Assembly (NCBI RefSeq): GCF_006345805.1
Contig: NW_021832231.1
Coordinates: forward strand, 558,001-622,000
Direction: 5' to 3'
Origin: Octopus sinensis
Taxonomy: Eukaryota
DNA: 64,000 nucleotides
Position numbers and translations under genes: made by a program. Within the stretch, counting starts at the first letter, position 1. Each line of letters begins with the position of its first letter. A model generated the notes under the pieces. It saw only the letters and a program-made list of their open reading frames with translations. It did no database searches and was not told where the DNA came from. Positions 52,570 to 64,000 of this stretch are shown one piece after another.

Positions 52570-53800
52570 ATGTCTAAAATACAAGCAGAGCATACAGATA
52601 ATCTGCCAATCATGTCCTTTAATGTAAGAGGCCTCAAACCGACCTGGAAACAGCAAACATTATGCTATGACATGATGAGATACAGAATTTCGGTTGGCTG
52701 TCTGCAAGAAACCAAAGTGACGCTGCCACTCAATACGCAGCGCGGCATCGTTGAGCTGACCCTCAGGCTCTCGACAATTCCCTTAGCCACCCAATTGCTT
52801 ACTTTTTTCTTTCTTTCTTTTCAGTGACGCTTGACATTGACCAAGCCTATGGTGATTATCGCCTAATTCTACTACCTCCTGAATGCAGACACTACAGGCA
52901 AGGATTCGTGACACAAGTCTCTTTCCTTGCGTTTTCACCGATCCTGGAGGGTCACCGACCGAATATCAGTACAGCAAATAGGCGACGGGTCAGAACGCTT
53001 TCCATCATGAATGTCTATGCCCCTCACAGCGGCAGGATCGCCAAGAACACTAACGAACTTTACTTCTTCTACGATGAACTAGCTAGGACACTCATCAGTC
53101 TGGAAGACTCGTCCAAATTAATTATCGCAGGAGACTGGAACGCCAAAGCAAATATCCGCTCCGGGATCGAACAGTTCATCAGTGCATATGGTCGCGAGTA
53201 CAGGAATTATCCCGGCACTCCTGGCCCATTTCTGCGAGACCTTCTCTCTATTTCTTTGTAACACGGCCTTCTGTCCTCTTTGTAACACATCGGAAAGCAT
53301 ACAAATAAATCCCAGGGGGAAAGACGTCTATGGACTTTCCGGTGAGAAAAAGATCTCAAACTCAGAATCGAAAATAAGTACGACCGTAGCAAAAAATCTG
53401 CACTAAAGAACAAACGTGTCAGAATACAACGACGCATCAAGAAATTGAACCGCCAGCACGGTCTGTATACCATGGAGTCTTTTGTAAGGGAAATCGAAGA
53501 ACTCAAGGACGGCGCACAAATGTTCTAGGCCATGCAACTACTTAATAGAAGAACACACAGTAAACTCAAAATCTTCGATGGCATGGGAAAAATTATTCGC
53601 GACCCCACTATTCAAGTCGAATTAAATTGATAATCATTTCGAAAATCAATTCAAGCTAACCATCAAGGACATTCCACCTTTTACAGACACATCCGTACAT
53701 TTCGACTAGCCCATCACAGTGGAGGAAGTCTCCGAGTTGCTAACAGACTTAAGAACTGTCAGCCCGTTGGACCAGACCACATCAATGCAAAGCTGATTAA
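52570..53800 (+). mobile_element. RTE-clade LINE 5' part (APE endonuclease to start of RT)
   Basis: SFNVRGL, LQETK, NVYAP, AGDWNAK, PITVEEV..LKN..P.GPDHINA. Confidence 0.85.
52716..52831 (+). mobile_element. 98-bp insertion with 9-bp TSD and (TTTC)n tail inside the RTE
   Basis: AGTGACGCT at 52716-52724 and 52823-52831; removing it restores ETKVTLDIDQ in frame. Confidence 0.7.
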
Positions 53801-54563
53801 GTCGCTTATGGACAAAATTAAATGGATTTGGAGTCCATTTTCGTATAATCCGAAAATTATGTCAGATGATTCTGAACTTAAAAAAGGTCTGATTGATCAT
53901 CAAACAAACAATGGACCCAAAACAGAGTTTTACAGTTGTAAATTAGAGGTGTTTTGGATTTCAGTAGTGAACATGTATTCAGAATTATCTCAAAAGACTT
54001 TGTATAAAATTCAATTTGTACTTATGCGATTCAGGATTCACCTCTCTTTTGGCAATTAAAACTAAATACAGAAATTGCCTTAATCCTGAACATGACATTC
54101 GTATTGCGAGTAGCAACAAAATTTCAAGATTTGACGAAATCATTCAAAATAAAAAAGAACAAAGAAGTCATTAATTGTTTACTTTTGTTCTCTTTCTTGT
54201 GTTACTGTATACCTTTGTTAATTTAAACTATATTGTGTAATAATATAGATAGAAAATGTTCTTGGGATTCGAGAGTTTGTAAAAAAAATATTGAGGGGTG
54301 CGAGCTCTAAAAAGGATGGAAACCCCTGATGTAGATAATATTTCATTATAAAATTCGCGTCACGCTTCATCAAGATAATCAATCTATTTGTTCTGAACAA
54401 GAAAACTAATTAGCGATAAACCTATCCAAAAGATTTTTCGGCTCATTTCAATGAAAGGTTGACAATAAATGAGTTTTTGAATTGTTTTATCTTCAATTCA
54501 AAGTTTATAATGCTTAGTTCAAAAGGTAAGTAAAATTTTTTTGTTTTTAGTAAATATTATTTT

Positions 54564-57536
54564 TCATTCGTTAATTTCTTCCGCAGTCAGTAATGAATAT
54601 TTCAAGTTTTTCAATTCTTGGGCTAACACATTTTTTAAATTGACCACGGATTTTGTGCGTTTAAGAGAAAGCGACTTTCTCCGAGTAGTTGAATAAAAAA
54701 ATGAAGGATTTGATATAGATGATGACAATTTGGCCTTCAAATATTAAACAAAATTACATTAGGGACGTTTTTTGAAGTGGCGGTTTGGGTATAAGCAGTG
54801 AATTCACATATAAACTAAATTCAGTCAAAAAATAAAACTTTAGAAAAATATATTCCAATTTGTTCACATTTTGTTTGGTGGTACTTTAAACTAGTTTATA
54901 AATCAAATACTGATTTTGGGTCAATTATAAACGGTCTAATGATCACAGAATTTGAAATTATATCATCCAGACTGTCCAGTAGAGAAGAAATGCAGTTATT
55001 GCAAAGGGCCAATGTGTTTGACACCGCATTAGTACATTTTTGTAAAGATTCGATAGTTTTTTGCAACTTAGCAGAACATGTATCGTCATTCTTCATAGTC
55101 AATTAGGATAAAATTACCATTGAATTGTTTTGTATTAAATAATTTACCAATGATCGGAGTTTGCCTGTTTTCTAAAAAACTTGGAATTGAAGACGAACTT
55201 GTTTAGGTTCTTGAATTTGAATGTCAACGTGTATCTTAGCTTGCTCGAATGTAACACCTTCTCTTTCGTAGATCGGATACCACTGGAAACCTATTTAAAT
55301 AAACTATTTATATCCCTAACCTGGTTGAATTTCTCTAACAGGAAGTATATAGTGCCCAATAAAAGCTTTATCGATGTAGTCATCATCATATAGGGCAAGT
55401 CGTAACAGGGCTTTACTGGGTTCTTCAATTTCAATTAAAAATGTTTCTAAAAAAGTTGGATTTCCTATTAAAAAATAATAAATATCGACTAGTTTTTTCC
55501 TGAACTTTTGTAGACATCCTGACTACGTCTCTGCTGAGTTCCACTATTTCGATTGTACAATAGGGATCGATTGTATTAGAAAAAGAATGAGTTGTAGCGG
55601 GAATTGGAAGAAACGAGGCTGAGATAATCTGTCTGTAAGTTAATGCATTTTTACCGTCAAAGTTATTTTCAATGATTCTTTGGTAGTGCCAAAAGATAGA
55701 GGAAAATTTTGTTTATTGCGAGAATCCTGAGATTTCTTCACGAAACCAGTTTTCGAGTGCTTAAAAAATGCTCGATACAAATCTGTGGAAGGTCCTATAA
55801 TTTGAAAATCCCAAAAATCTATGAAATATGAGCAGTATTTCTAACAGAATTGCACTCCTTTTCTCCATGCAGCCCAACATGATTTCTTTGATACTTTCGT
55901 TGAGGACATTCTAGGAAAAATGGTTAAGAGACATGTTTCATCTTCGATTTTTTTATTTTGGAAAACTTCCTGATGTGTCCACTCCAAGATGATAGGAAAG
56001 GACACGTTATTATTAACTATGTGTAAGAAGGTCAAAGTTCCAATACTTTTACTCTGCACGTCAAGGCAAAGAGTTATGTCGTTAAGGTGTGAATTGATTA
56101 AGTCAAATCTTTTTTCATCAACCTAATTAAATCAAATTATAATATTAACCACTAAAACAAATTTGTTAGCTAACAAGATTGGAGAAACAAAGTCGGTCTC
56201 CACAGGAATGTACAATTTTGTTTTTAATTCCTCGACAAATATGGAATATATTAAGTCATATTCTTCACTTTTATGTGGCATTGAGAATCTGAGCATAAGG
56301 AATAAGGAGTATCTGCAACTATAGGAAACATTGTAGTACTCAGAAGTCTGGAATGCCATGGTCCGAAGCATTAACAAGAACTGTCTTAAACTAAGGTGTT
56401 CGGTCTCTTCTTCGTTCTTGCTTACTAAAATGTAAATCTCATCTTTTGTCGGAATTATCAGCATAACTAGAAAATCTCCCACAAAATAAAACTTTCGAGA
56501 GCTCTACATCCGTCGAGGAGTAGTTCTTTGAAAGAGTCTAAAGGGCACAGATCAGGTCTAAAAACTCCACTAAGCATAAATATTAGACTACTAAACCCAT
56601 TCGAGGCGGAGTAGACAATGTAGTTACTAATGTGTCGGGACATGTCTTCAGAGATAATAGAAGGCATTTGCAATTGTAAAAAACCATCAGAGGATATTTG
56701 CTCGAATTCTAATCTGATTGTTCGTACATAAGTAAACTCTAACCATCAAATGTTAAAGAAACAATTTCATCTTTCGAAGATCGATATTTTTCTATTAAGG
56801 ATGTGACCTGAAAAAAAAGTTTGACGACAAAATACATTTAAAGATCGCGGAAGAAGATTTATAATTTCAGAAAGATATATCTCTCCGAATTTAGAGCAGT
56901 TCCTTTTAGTAAATAAGAACTTTAATTGACCTGTTCATGTAAAAAAACATATCAGGTCGTTCGTATTTTAGGTTTTTGATATTTATCTTAGTTTTTCCAC
57001 GTTCAGTAAATGGTTCTACATCAAAAATGGGTCAATTAGACCTATTTAGCTACCTTGCAACATAAGGAATTTAATTCCGCATAAAACTATATCAGTTTCG
57101 CTTTGATTCTGGGTTCTTATGTTCAACGTGAAGTCTTGATATGAGATTGCAATGGCCGGATAGACTGCATGGATAATTCGAAAAGATTTTTCATGAGTGT
57201 CGTCCTCCACAAAATATGGCAGGATCTTTTTTATAGAATCCAGCGTAACTATATATGGTATAAAATAATTACTTGATCCAATATACTGTGATCTGTTCGA
57301 GAAAATCTGAATTTGATAACTACTAAGATCCACAGATAAAATTCGCGACACATATTTCCCAGATTCGTCAATTTTGTAGATTTTTATTCCTGCTTCGAGC
57401 TTAGAAATACAGTCAGAGACTATAATTTTTTAAGTGATAACCAACTTTTCAAACTTAAATCCCGGGTAGAATCTTCTAAATAAGATACTTGTCGATTAAA
57501 ATGTTTATTTCTTATCTTCGAATCAGTTTTCTTCAT
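54564..57536 (-). CDS. PLCL: Inactive phospholipase C-like protein (PH, EF, X, Y, C2); 3' end approximate
   Basis: PH domain, EDMSRHISNY (X box), GCRALE, AFQTSEY, Y-box W..GVQF, C2 DPYC..E and LYDDDYID.AFIGHY.LP...QPG typical of PLCL1/2. Confidence 0.8.
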
Positions 57537-58039
57537 TTTTGGAATTTTACTAATGATCTATTTGATGTTTAGCCACAAGCCAGTTTAGCCAGGTAAATAA
57601 TTTATATTAATTTAGTATGTCATGCATAAACAATTACCGAAAATTAATTAACCGATAATTTATTCAAAACTTTATTATATAAAAATGTTAACCTTTCTTA
57701 AATTTATCTAAACTATAAATTAATTTAAAAGAAAAAAATTATATATTTTGAACTACGCGGAATGCGTAAATTTTAATTTCATTCTTTTTTAATTATGGAA
57801 AAAAACATCCTATGTGCTTTACTAGGCTGTTTATCTACTCAAAATCTGGTTTCTCTATGTTGTATTGAACCAGTCATCCCAAATAGATTTGCGGATGTTA
57901 GTTCACTAACCATAAATTGCGTCGTTTTTTGCTAGAAAATAGACAAATCCAAACCTAACTACATTCTACAGACTCCAAAATACTATGAAATCATTCACGA
58001 AAACTTTAAAAAATCTGATTCGATGATATATCATGAAAA

Positions 58040-58385
58040 CAGACTTCTCTCCTTACGTCTCTGGATGAGATTGGGCTGGTTACCATTTTAAATTTCGCAT
58101 ATGGGGTTAGATTTCCTCTGTCAGCCGTGTCTTTGTAAATCCTTAGCGAATCAATTTGGTTACCATTCTCTATTATGCCTAGCAGGAGCTAATGATTGAT
58201 CACATTACGAAGCCATAAATCAGATCATCTGGCGATCTCTACAAACAACAAACAGACTTCCATTGTTAGTTAAAGCCGGCTGGGATTTTTAGTGATAAAG
58301 GAAGGGTACCGGATGGAATGGCCATTTTTGAACCTAAAAAGAAAAATGTTTGATCTGGGACGCATTGCGCACAAATATCTCGATT
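58040..58385 (+). mobile_element. Degenerate CRE-type Zn finger/RLE fragment
   Basis: CQPCLCK..NQFGYHSLLC, AINQIIWRSL, PAGIFSDKGRVPDGMAIF, WDA.C in shifting frames. Confidence 0.65.
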
Positions 58386-58499
58386 TCATATCAAGACTTC
58401 ACGTTGAACATAAGAACCCAGAATCAACCCGAAACTGATATAGTTTTATGGGGAATTAAATTCCTTATGTTGCAAGGTAGCTAAATAGTTTTAATTGAC
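58383..58499 (+). repeat. Inverted duplicate of PLCL exon/intron junction (source 57031-57147)
   Basis: 117 bp with 6 mismatches to the reverse complement of 57031-57147. Confidence 0.9.
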
Positions 58500-58886
58500 T
58501 TATTTTTGTTGTAGAACCATTTACTGAATGTAGAAAAACTAAGATAAATATCAAGATCATTAACCTCAGTTCATCTTTTTGAATCTTGAACATCTTTTAA
58601 AAGTCCTGCAAAATATAAAATTAAGAAGTCAACTTATGTTGGTGATAAACAAACCTTGTCCATTTGGTCTTTAAAACGTTTGGCGTGTAAAAACCGTCGG
58701 CCAGGAACCTAACCAAAAGGATTTGGAACAAATGTAAAAAAACATCAAATATGAGCTAACTATTTTGGAAATATCAAAAATTGACTTACTGTAAAAGTAA
58801 TTATTTCGTTAGAATCGCTTAAAATCTAATTCTTGTACCAAAAATATTACCTATTCTAAATAAAGTCTGGTTTTTCAAAAAACTAG

Positions 58887-59500
58887 TTAGTGCGTCTGCT
58901 TGCAGTCGATTCTCCTCCTTTTCAAATCTAAGCCACTGTCTTCGACGGGCACACTTATCAATTTTACAGAGCAAGTCACTTTTGTGGTTGTGGTTGTTCT
59001 CGAATCCGATTCTATGCTCTCACTTGGGGAAGCTTCCTCTGTCGTTGCCTTTGCAAACCGGGTCATTTGAAGATTTTCTGGTGGGTACACCCCAAGCTTA
59101 TATTCTGTACGCATGCTCTCCAATGTTTTCCGAATGACTACAGACTTTATGTAAGCTTGTGTAGGTCCTTTGAGACCAATTGAGTCCCAGTGATGTTTGT
59201 TGACAACACCGTCCCACGTTAGTACCAGTGATACTATCCTTTACGTTGTGGGTTACTCCTAGTTCACTGGCAAACAAATCGTACTTATGGAGCTTTTCCA
59301 CCTCAACTTGTTTTAGGTTTTTTAGGGAGGTGATTTCAATCTCAATAAGCGTGATTTTGTTCCTTATTTTGTTGAGTACGAAGATGTTCGGCTTCTTATT
59401 CTCGACCCCCAGATCCGTATTTATTGTTTTATCAACACGAATCTCCACGGAGTTATTCGCAACCACTGATTGAACAGAATGAGTTTTCAATTTCGTGGAT
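58887..59500 (-). mobile_element. R4/Dong-like RLE retroelement 3' fragment, one frameshift
   Basis: NKKPNIFVLNK..NKITLIEI.IT..NL..VE.EKLHKYDL.ASELG, then TWDGVV, AYIKSVVIRKTLES. Confidence 0.7.
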
Positions 59501-59624
59501 TTCTTAAATTCATACTTCCAAGAATTTTAAATCCAAATATTTGGCTATTAACCTCAATTCACCGGCATAGAATGTCTATATATAGAAGCCGGAATATAGA
59601 TTTTATTGTCAATTTTAGCATTTA

Positions 59625-60893
59625 ATGATGTCTAAAGTCACTTTACTTAGTCTCATTGTTTATTGCTTGCAAAACGACAGTAGTTTTACTTCTAACTAAT
59701 GTAGTCAAACAAATGAATTTTAATAACCATGCATACATTTTTTTAAACGAAAAAGCTGATATTTTTAATTATAAGTATAAATGCATGAATTATGGCGCTT
59801 ATCCTATTATAGTGGATTCTCTCGAAGAAAACGAATTTCTTGCAGGTATATATATTTATGTGCAAACAAATGGATTAGATGCTAGCGGTGAAGACATTTT
59901 ACTAGGAATAGAAATAAGTTTATTTGACTTGACAGTTCACAATATCCATGATGAAACTAATTTGGTTTGTTTTTATTGCATAATATATAACATATTTAGA
60001 CTTATACAAATTGGATGTTTACAAAATTTATCTCCAACAATCCTAGAATGGCAAAATTAGACCATTGCTCCAGAAAATGGTTTGATATAGGATTTTTTGA
60101 GAAGAACAAAATTGTTTGCGAAAAAAGTATTACTTTGAGCAATCATTTAGATGAAATTGATAACAGCATGCCGACTTATGAAATTTCAAAAAAAACTAAA
60201 CCAAAAAATCGACTTTCTCATACAAAAGAAGGAGATAACTATAAATTCAATTACAAAGGCCATGAATATATTTTAATCAATAAATATATTCAGAGCAATA
60301 ATATGGAGAACACATGTGCTAGGCTCGGTGCATATCCCACGGAAATAACCACCGAAGATGAAAACAACGTTATTTTTGGTAAAGTAATTATCAACTTAAA
60401 TTTTGGTAGAGAACATATACCACGACACAGTGATTAAAGTGTATAACTATTAATAAATTATATAATTAGTCCTATGTCGTTTGAAGCGAAAAACAATATG
60501 GTATTTAGTATTTGAACCCTTACATTGTACTCAGAACTATTCAAATTGGTCTGAAGGTGAACCTTCGGACGAATTGTTTAAAAGATATGCGAAAATTTCT
60601 TCATGTGACGGAAAATGGGTTTCAATTAGTGTATTTGATAAATATTTTTTGATATGTAAAAAAGGCTTGTGATGTTTGTTAACATTTTAGATCAAATTGA
60701 AACTACGAATTTTAGCAATGAACATAATTCAACAGAGTCCACAATATATATTATAAAGCAAAATACAAACACTTCTACAGCACGCAAAACAGTAAATTTT
60801 AGCAAAATTATTAAAAAAATAAACCTTACAACTAAGAAAAAAAGAAACATTACAGTTGTATGATTTATTTTAAAAGGATTTATTAGAAAAGTA
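59625..60893 (+). CDS. Secreted tandem C-type lectin domain protein; 3' end uncertain
   Basis: Signal-like N-terminus; two repeats of N/GH.Y....C...GAYP..I.S/T.EEN; YTNW/NYSNWSEGEPS, KW, I/VC.K; micro-introns. Confidence 0.7.
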
Positions 60894-61119
60894 GACTGAA
60901 TCAGATTGTAATATTTTTTGCAATATTTAATGCAATATTTATCTCAAGTTTACTCACAATAGTAATAATGGTATCAAGATTTAGAGCAAAAGTTGAGGTA
61001 AGTCCAATGTTATAATATAGAAATCTGTTTATGATACTTCTCTATAATTTTCTCTATAACCTAACACTAACATTTGTTATTGCATAAACCCAGTCACACA
61101 TCAGGATATGAGACCAGCA

Positions 61120-61540
61120 GCTAGTAGAGATAACAGCGGCTTCTAGGGTTGCTCCCACAGAATCTCTGCGGGAGAGGTGATCAGTTGAATGGTCGTCAAC
61201 ACAGCAAAGATTATAAAAAGGAGAAATCGTCCATTTTGTGAGCGTAGTGATTTAGTGAATGATGATAGCCAGATCGGAAACGAGCAAAACTAATCTGAGC
61301 GGAACAGTCAAAAAAAATTTCGGAGTAAACATCTGGTAAAAATTTACTAAATAGTCTTGTTTTGTACCGATTGAAGTTCCACAGTGGAGCATGTAGATAG
61401 GCAGGGAGTCCAGGTAGGACTCGCATAATATAGTACGGGGCGGATGTATTTTTTAGACTTGTCTGAAGAGTGGTTTCTGGCAAAAATGTTCGAGACATGT
61501 TTGTTGAAGGACACAGTTTGGTCAAAGGTAAGTCCGAGGA
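61120..61540 (-). mobile_element. LINE ORF2 C-terminal remnant
   Basis: ARFRSGYHHSLNHY followed by a Cys/His knuckle-like CC..D..TDH in another frame. Confidence 0.45.
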
Positions 61541-61645
61541 TAGTCTGATATGTTTATTTTTTATTATTTTGAATTTATAAACAGCTTATGACTATACTTA
61601 AATAAATTATTTAATAGAATATTTTAAATAAAAATAAAATTTGAT

Positions 61646-62967
61646 ATGGAATGTACAGTTTGTGGTTCTGCAGAGTTTCAGGATCTGGATGGACTTTTAT
61701 ATTGTAGCAACTGTAATTCGCAGTCACAGGTATATGAGTTTATTTTATAAACAAGAAAGTCCGCTTGAATGAATCTTGTCATGAAGGAAACGAAACTCAA
61801 AGGGGGAACATTATAAAAACATTTTCTTTAAAATATGTTCCAGAAACACCACAAGTGACAGTTTTTCAAGAATTGATTCAAGAATTTAATTTTTTATTAA
61901 AATTAATCACTAATGATTTAATAAAAATTGGTTGTTCACATAAACTAAGAGTTTGTCCGTTTTAATATTTTTAGAATGTCGTATACAATCTAAGTGTCAG
62001 ATATCTCTCCAATATAGAAGTCCCTGAATCCTCCGAACCTATAAAAAAGAAAAATATTGAAATGATACATATTTTGTGCCTCTGCTATCTTGGGTCTCTC
62101 ATAACAAAGTCTAATTTAACTCCAACGGCTATTCTAAGGCTTGTGGAAAGTAATAAAAAGGATGAGCTCATAAAAATGTCTCGTAAGTGTCAAAAATTTT
62201 ATAAATCACCTTCACATGTTCCAAACTCTCTCGGAATATCTTATTCGTTTTTCTGTAAAAAAATAACCACTGTGGCAAATATTTGTCGTCTTGTGAATTT
62301 GGTACCAATTTCAATGTCATGGTTGTGTCCGTTGTTTGTCCGGAAGTTGGGATTGCCAGGGGACATGAACAGTTTATTGAGAAATTTGTGTCCACATGTC
62401 GGAGAACCTGACATATTCCGATCACCTTGTTATGAACTAAGGGCTTTGGCGATAATTTTTGTCGGACTAAGTTTTTTGCCAATGTCGAACTTTTTTGGTT
62501 TATAATTTATGTGAAAATTTTTTTTAGATGAGGTGTTTTTTGAGTCTGACTCATGGGCCAAAGATTTGAATCGTGAAGTACAGGATGTATTTCTGAATAA
62601 CGATACAAATATTGCTAATTATAGAATAGGATTAATCTCTGCATTTATGCCATACACTGGAACCGAAAGTACTTCTCAATCAAAGCCAAAAATACTTAAA
62701 CGGAAAGAAAGTAGAATTTTATTTGATCGGGTTTTGGAATTTTGGTGCAATGAACCTGGAAATTTTAAGAAAAAGTATCTAATTCGTCAACTGCAGAGAC
62801 CCTTTTTGGACAAAATTCTTGAATTGTTTCCTTATCTTCATATATCAGGAGATCACGTTGTCGCAAGAGTTAATTTTATTGTAAATAAATTATGTTTTTA
62901 AATAAAAAGTATACATAGTTTTTATTCAGTGCATTATTATGGTCACTTTGATATTATTTGCTGCTAA
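61646..62967 (+). CDS. TAF1B: RNA polymerase I core factor subunit TAF1B/RRN7; 3' end approximate
   Basis: N-terminal Zn ribbon CTVC..DGLLYCSNC; LCLCYLG...LT...ILRLVE cyclin-fold segment. Confidence 0.7.
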
Positions 62968-63119
62968 GAAATATTATTAATTGTTTGTTATTTTGATATC
63001 TTTTTAATGAAATGCAATTATTTTGTTTGTTGTGCTATCCATTCCGCTAAATAATTGTAATTTATAAAATTGATAATTTGATTAAATAACGTATACAAAA
63101 TAAAAGTATTTGTTTCCAT

Positions 63120-64000
63120 AGTAGTAGATGGATAACGATTACTCCCATATTTATGTGTGTACAGCACTTGAGGATGCTATAAACAAACTAAAAATATTAG
63201 GAGCCAGTGAGTTCTTTAAACTAAATACAAACAAATATTTATCAAAGGTGAAAAATAAAAAAATTAATTACAGCAAATTAGTAACGACATAAACAATATA
63301 TTAACAAACCATCAAGATTTATTTGACAAATATAAAGACATAATTCAAGAAAATAAAAGTGAAAATGAGTAAATTATGCTAAGGCAAAGTTAAAGTTCAT
63401 TTGAACAACTTTGAATTCGAACTTCGCTATTGCATTGAGGCAGTAGAAAATCTCAGAAAAGCAAATCAAGACCGGTTTTGTTTGATTTATATCTGAATTA
63501 GAATTTCGGTTGAAACTCTTTTGACAAATCTAAAAAATGAGTTGACTACTTCTCAGACGTTTTCAGCTTTACAGGCTGTTGTGGATAAAGAAATTCATGA
63601 AAAACAAAAAATCAGAGACACCTTAGACGAGTAAAATGGTTTATTTTAGTATTAGACAATCAATTAATAAATCTGAGATAAAGAGGCTGACAAAAATTAT
63701 TTGCGAGTTCAAAAAAGAAAGAGAAATGGAAGTTCAGAAGAAAAATGAAATTATTGCTCATTTAAAAGACAAAATACAAGAGCTTAAAGCCAAAACTTCA
63801 ATGGAACAGAAATATATTGATAAGCTCAGTAATGTAGAAGTTGGTAAAGAACGTGCGAAAAGTTTAACAAGCGAAAAAAATCTAAAAGACGAAATCATAG
63901 TTCTTATTTTGGAATTAGTACTTATTATTTAGCAAATTTCAAATCAGAATGAAAGTGAAGAGAGGAGCAGTTCAGAAATGATAAATTTCATTCAAAGACA
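63120..64000 (+). CDS. IQCG: Dynein regulatory complex protein 9 (IQCG), partial; start uncertain, runs off window
   Basis: TALEDAI.KL.ILG, DR..V..L..ELT.S.TF.AL, EVQKKNEIIAHLKDKIQELKAKTSMEQKY matches IQCG/DRC9. Confidence 0.75.

Larger units (their letters stand above)
52150..54328 (+). mobile_element. hAT (Buster/Charlie) transposon remnant split by an RTE insertion
   Basis: 5' part LSRGKAFE, LAYLTDIF.HMN; 3' part KWIWSPF, FWISV..YSELS, SGFTSLLAIKTKYRN; right TIR AAAAGGATGGAAACCCCTG then ATGTAGAT. Confidence 0.8.

Overview
Eukaryotic (metazoan) AT-rich genomic window with about 17 recognisable host genes, almost all broken by tiny spliceosomal introns (mostly 22-33 nt, modal about 25-27 nt). 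Genes in order: APEH, PNP, MYCBPAP, ACTR1 (ARP1), cyclin C, QSOX, MAP4K (CNH-type), BUD13, BCKDHA, DNAAF1, COMMD2, MBOAT7, NXF1, a PLC-like pseudoenzyme, a tandem C-type lectin, TAF1B and IQCG/DRC9 (runs off the window), plus four small or orphan genes. Animal-type orthologs, three motile-cilia genes and 26-nt introns point by inference to a dicyemid-like mesozoan. Intergenic DNA is full of transposon debris: a near-intact Tc1 (IR/DR), a near-full-length I/Jockey-group LINE, at least seven CRE-type RLE retroelement fragments, RTE, R4-like, Tigger/pogo and hAT remnants, often nested. Best leads: (1) the one long NXF1 intron carries twin stem-loops with identical AAAUG loops, while the normally regulatory cassette intron has shrunk to 25 nt; (2) a PNP with natural Asp at the Asn243 specificity position; (3) local host-gene sequence copied into TE junctions; (4) an unexplained 99-nt hairpin; (5) a 59-aa VCF/FAM104-like microprotein. 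No rRNA, intact tRNA or CRISPR array was seen. Exon structures were reconstructed by eye and family calls come from remembered motifs, not database searches; some gene ends are approximate.
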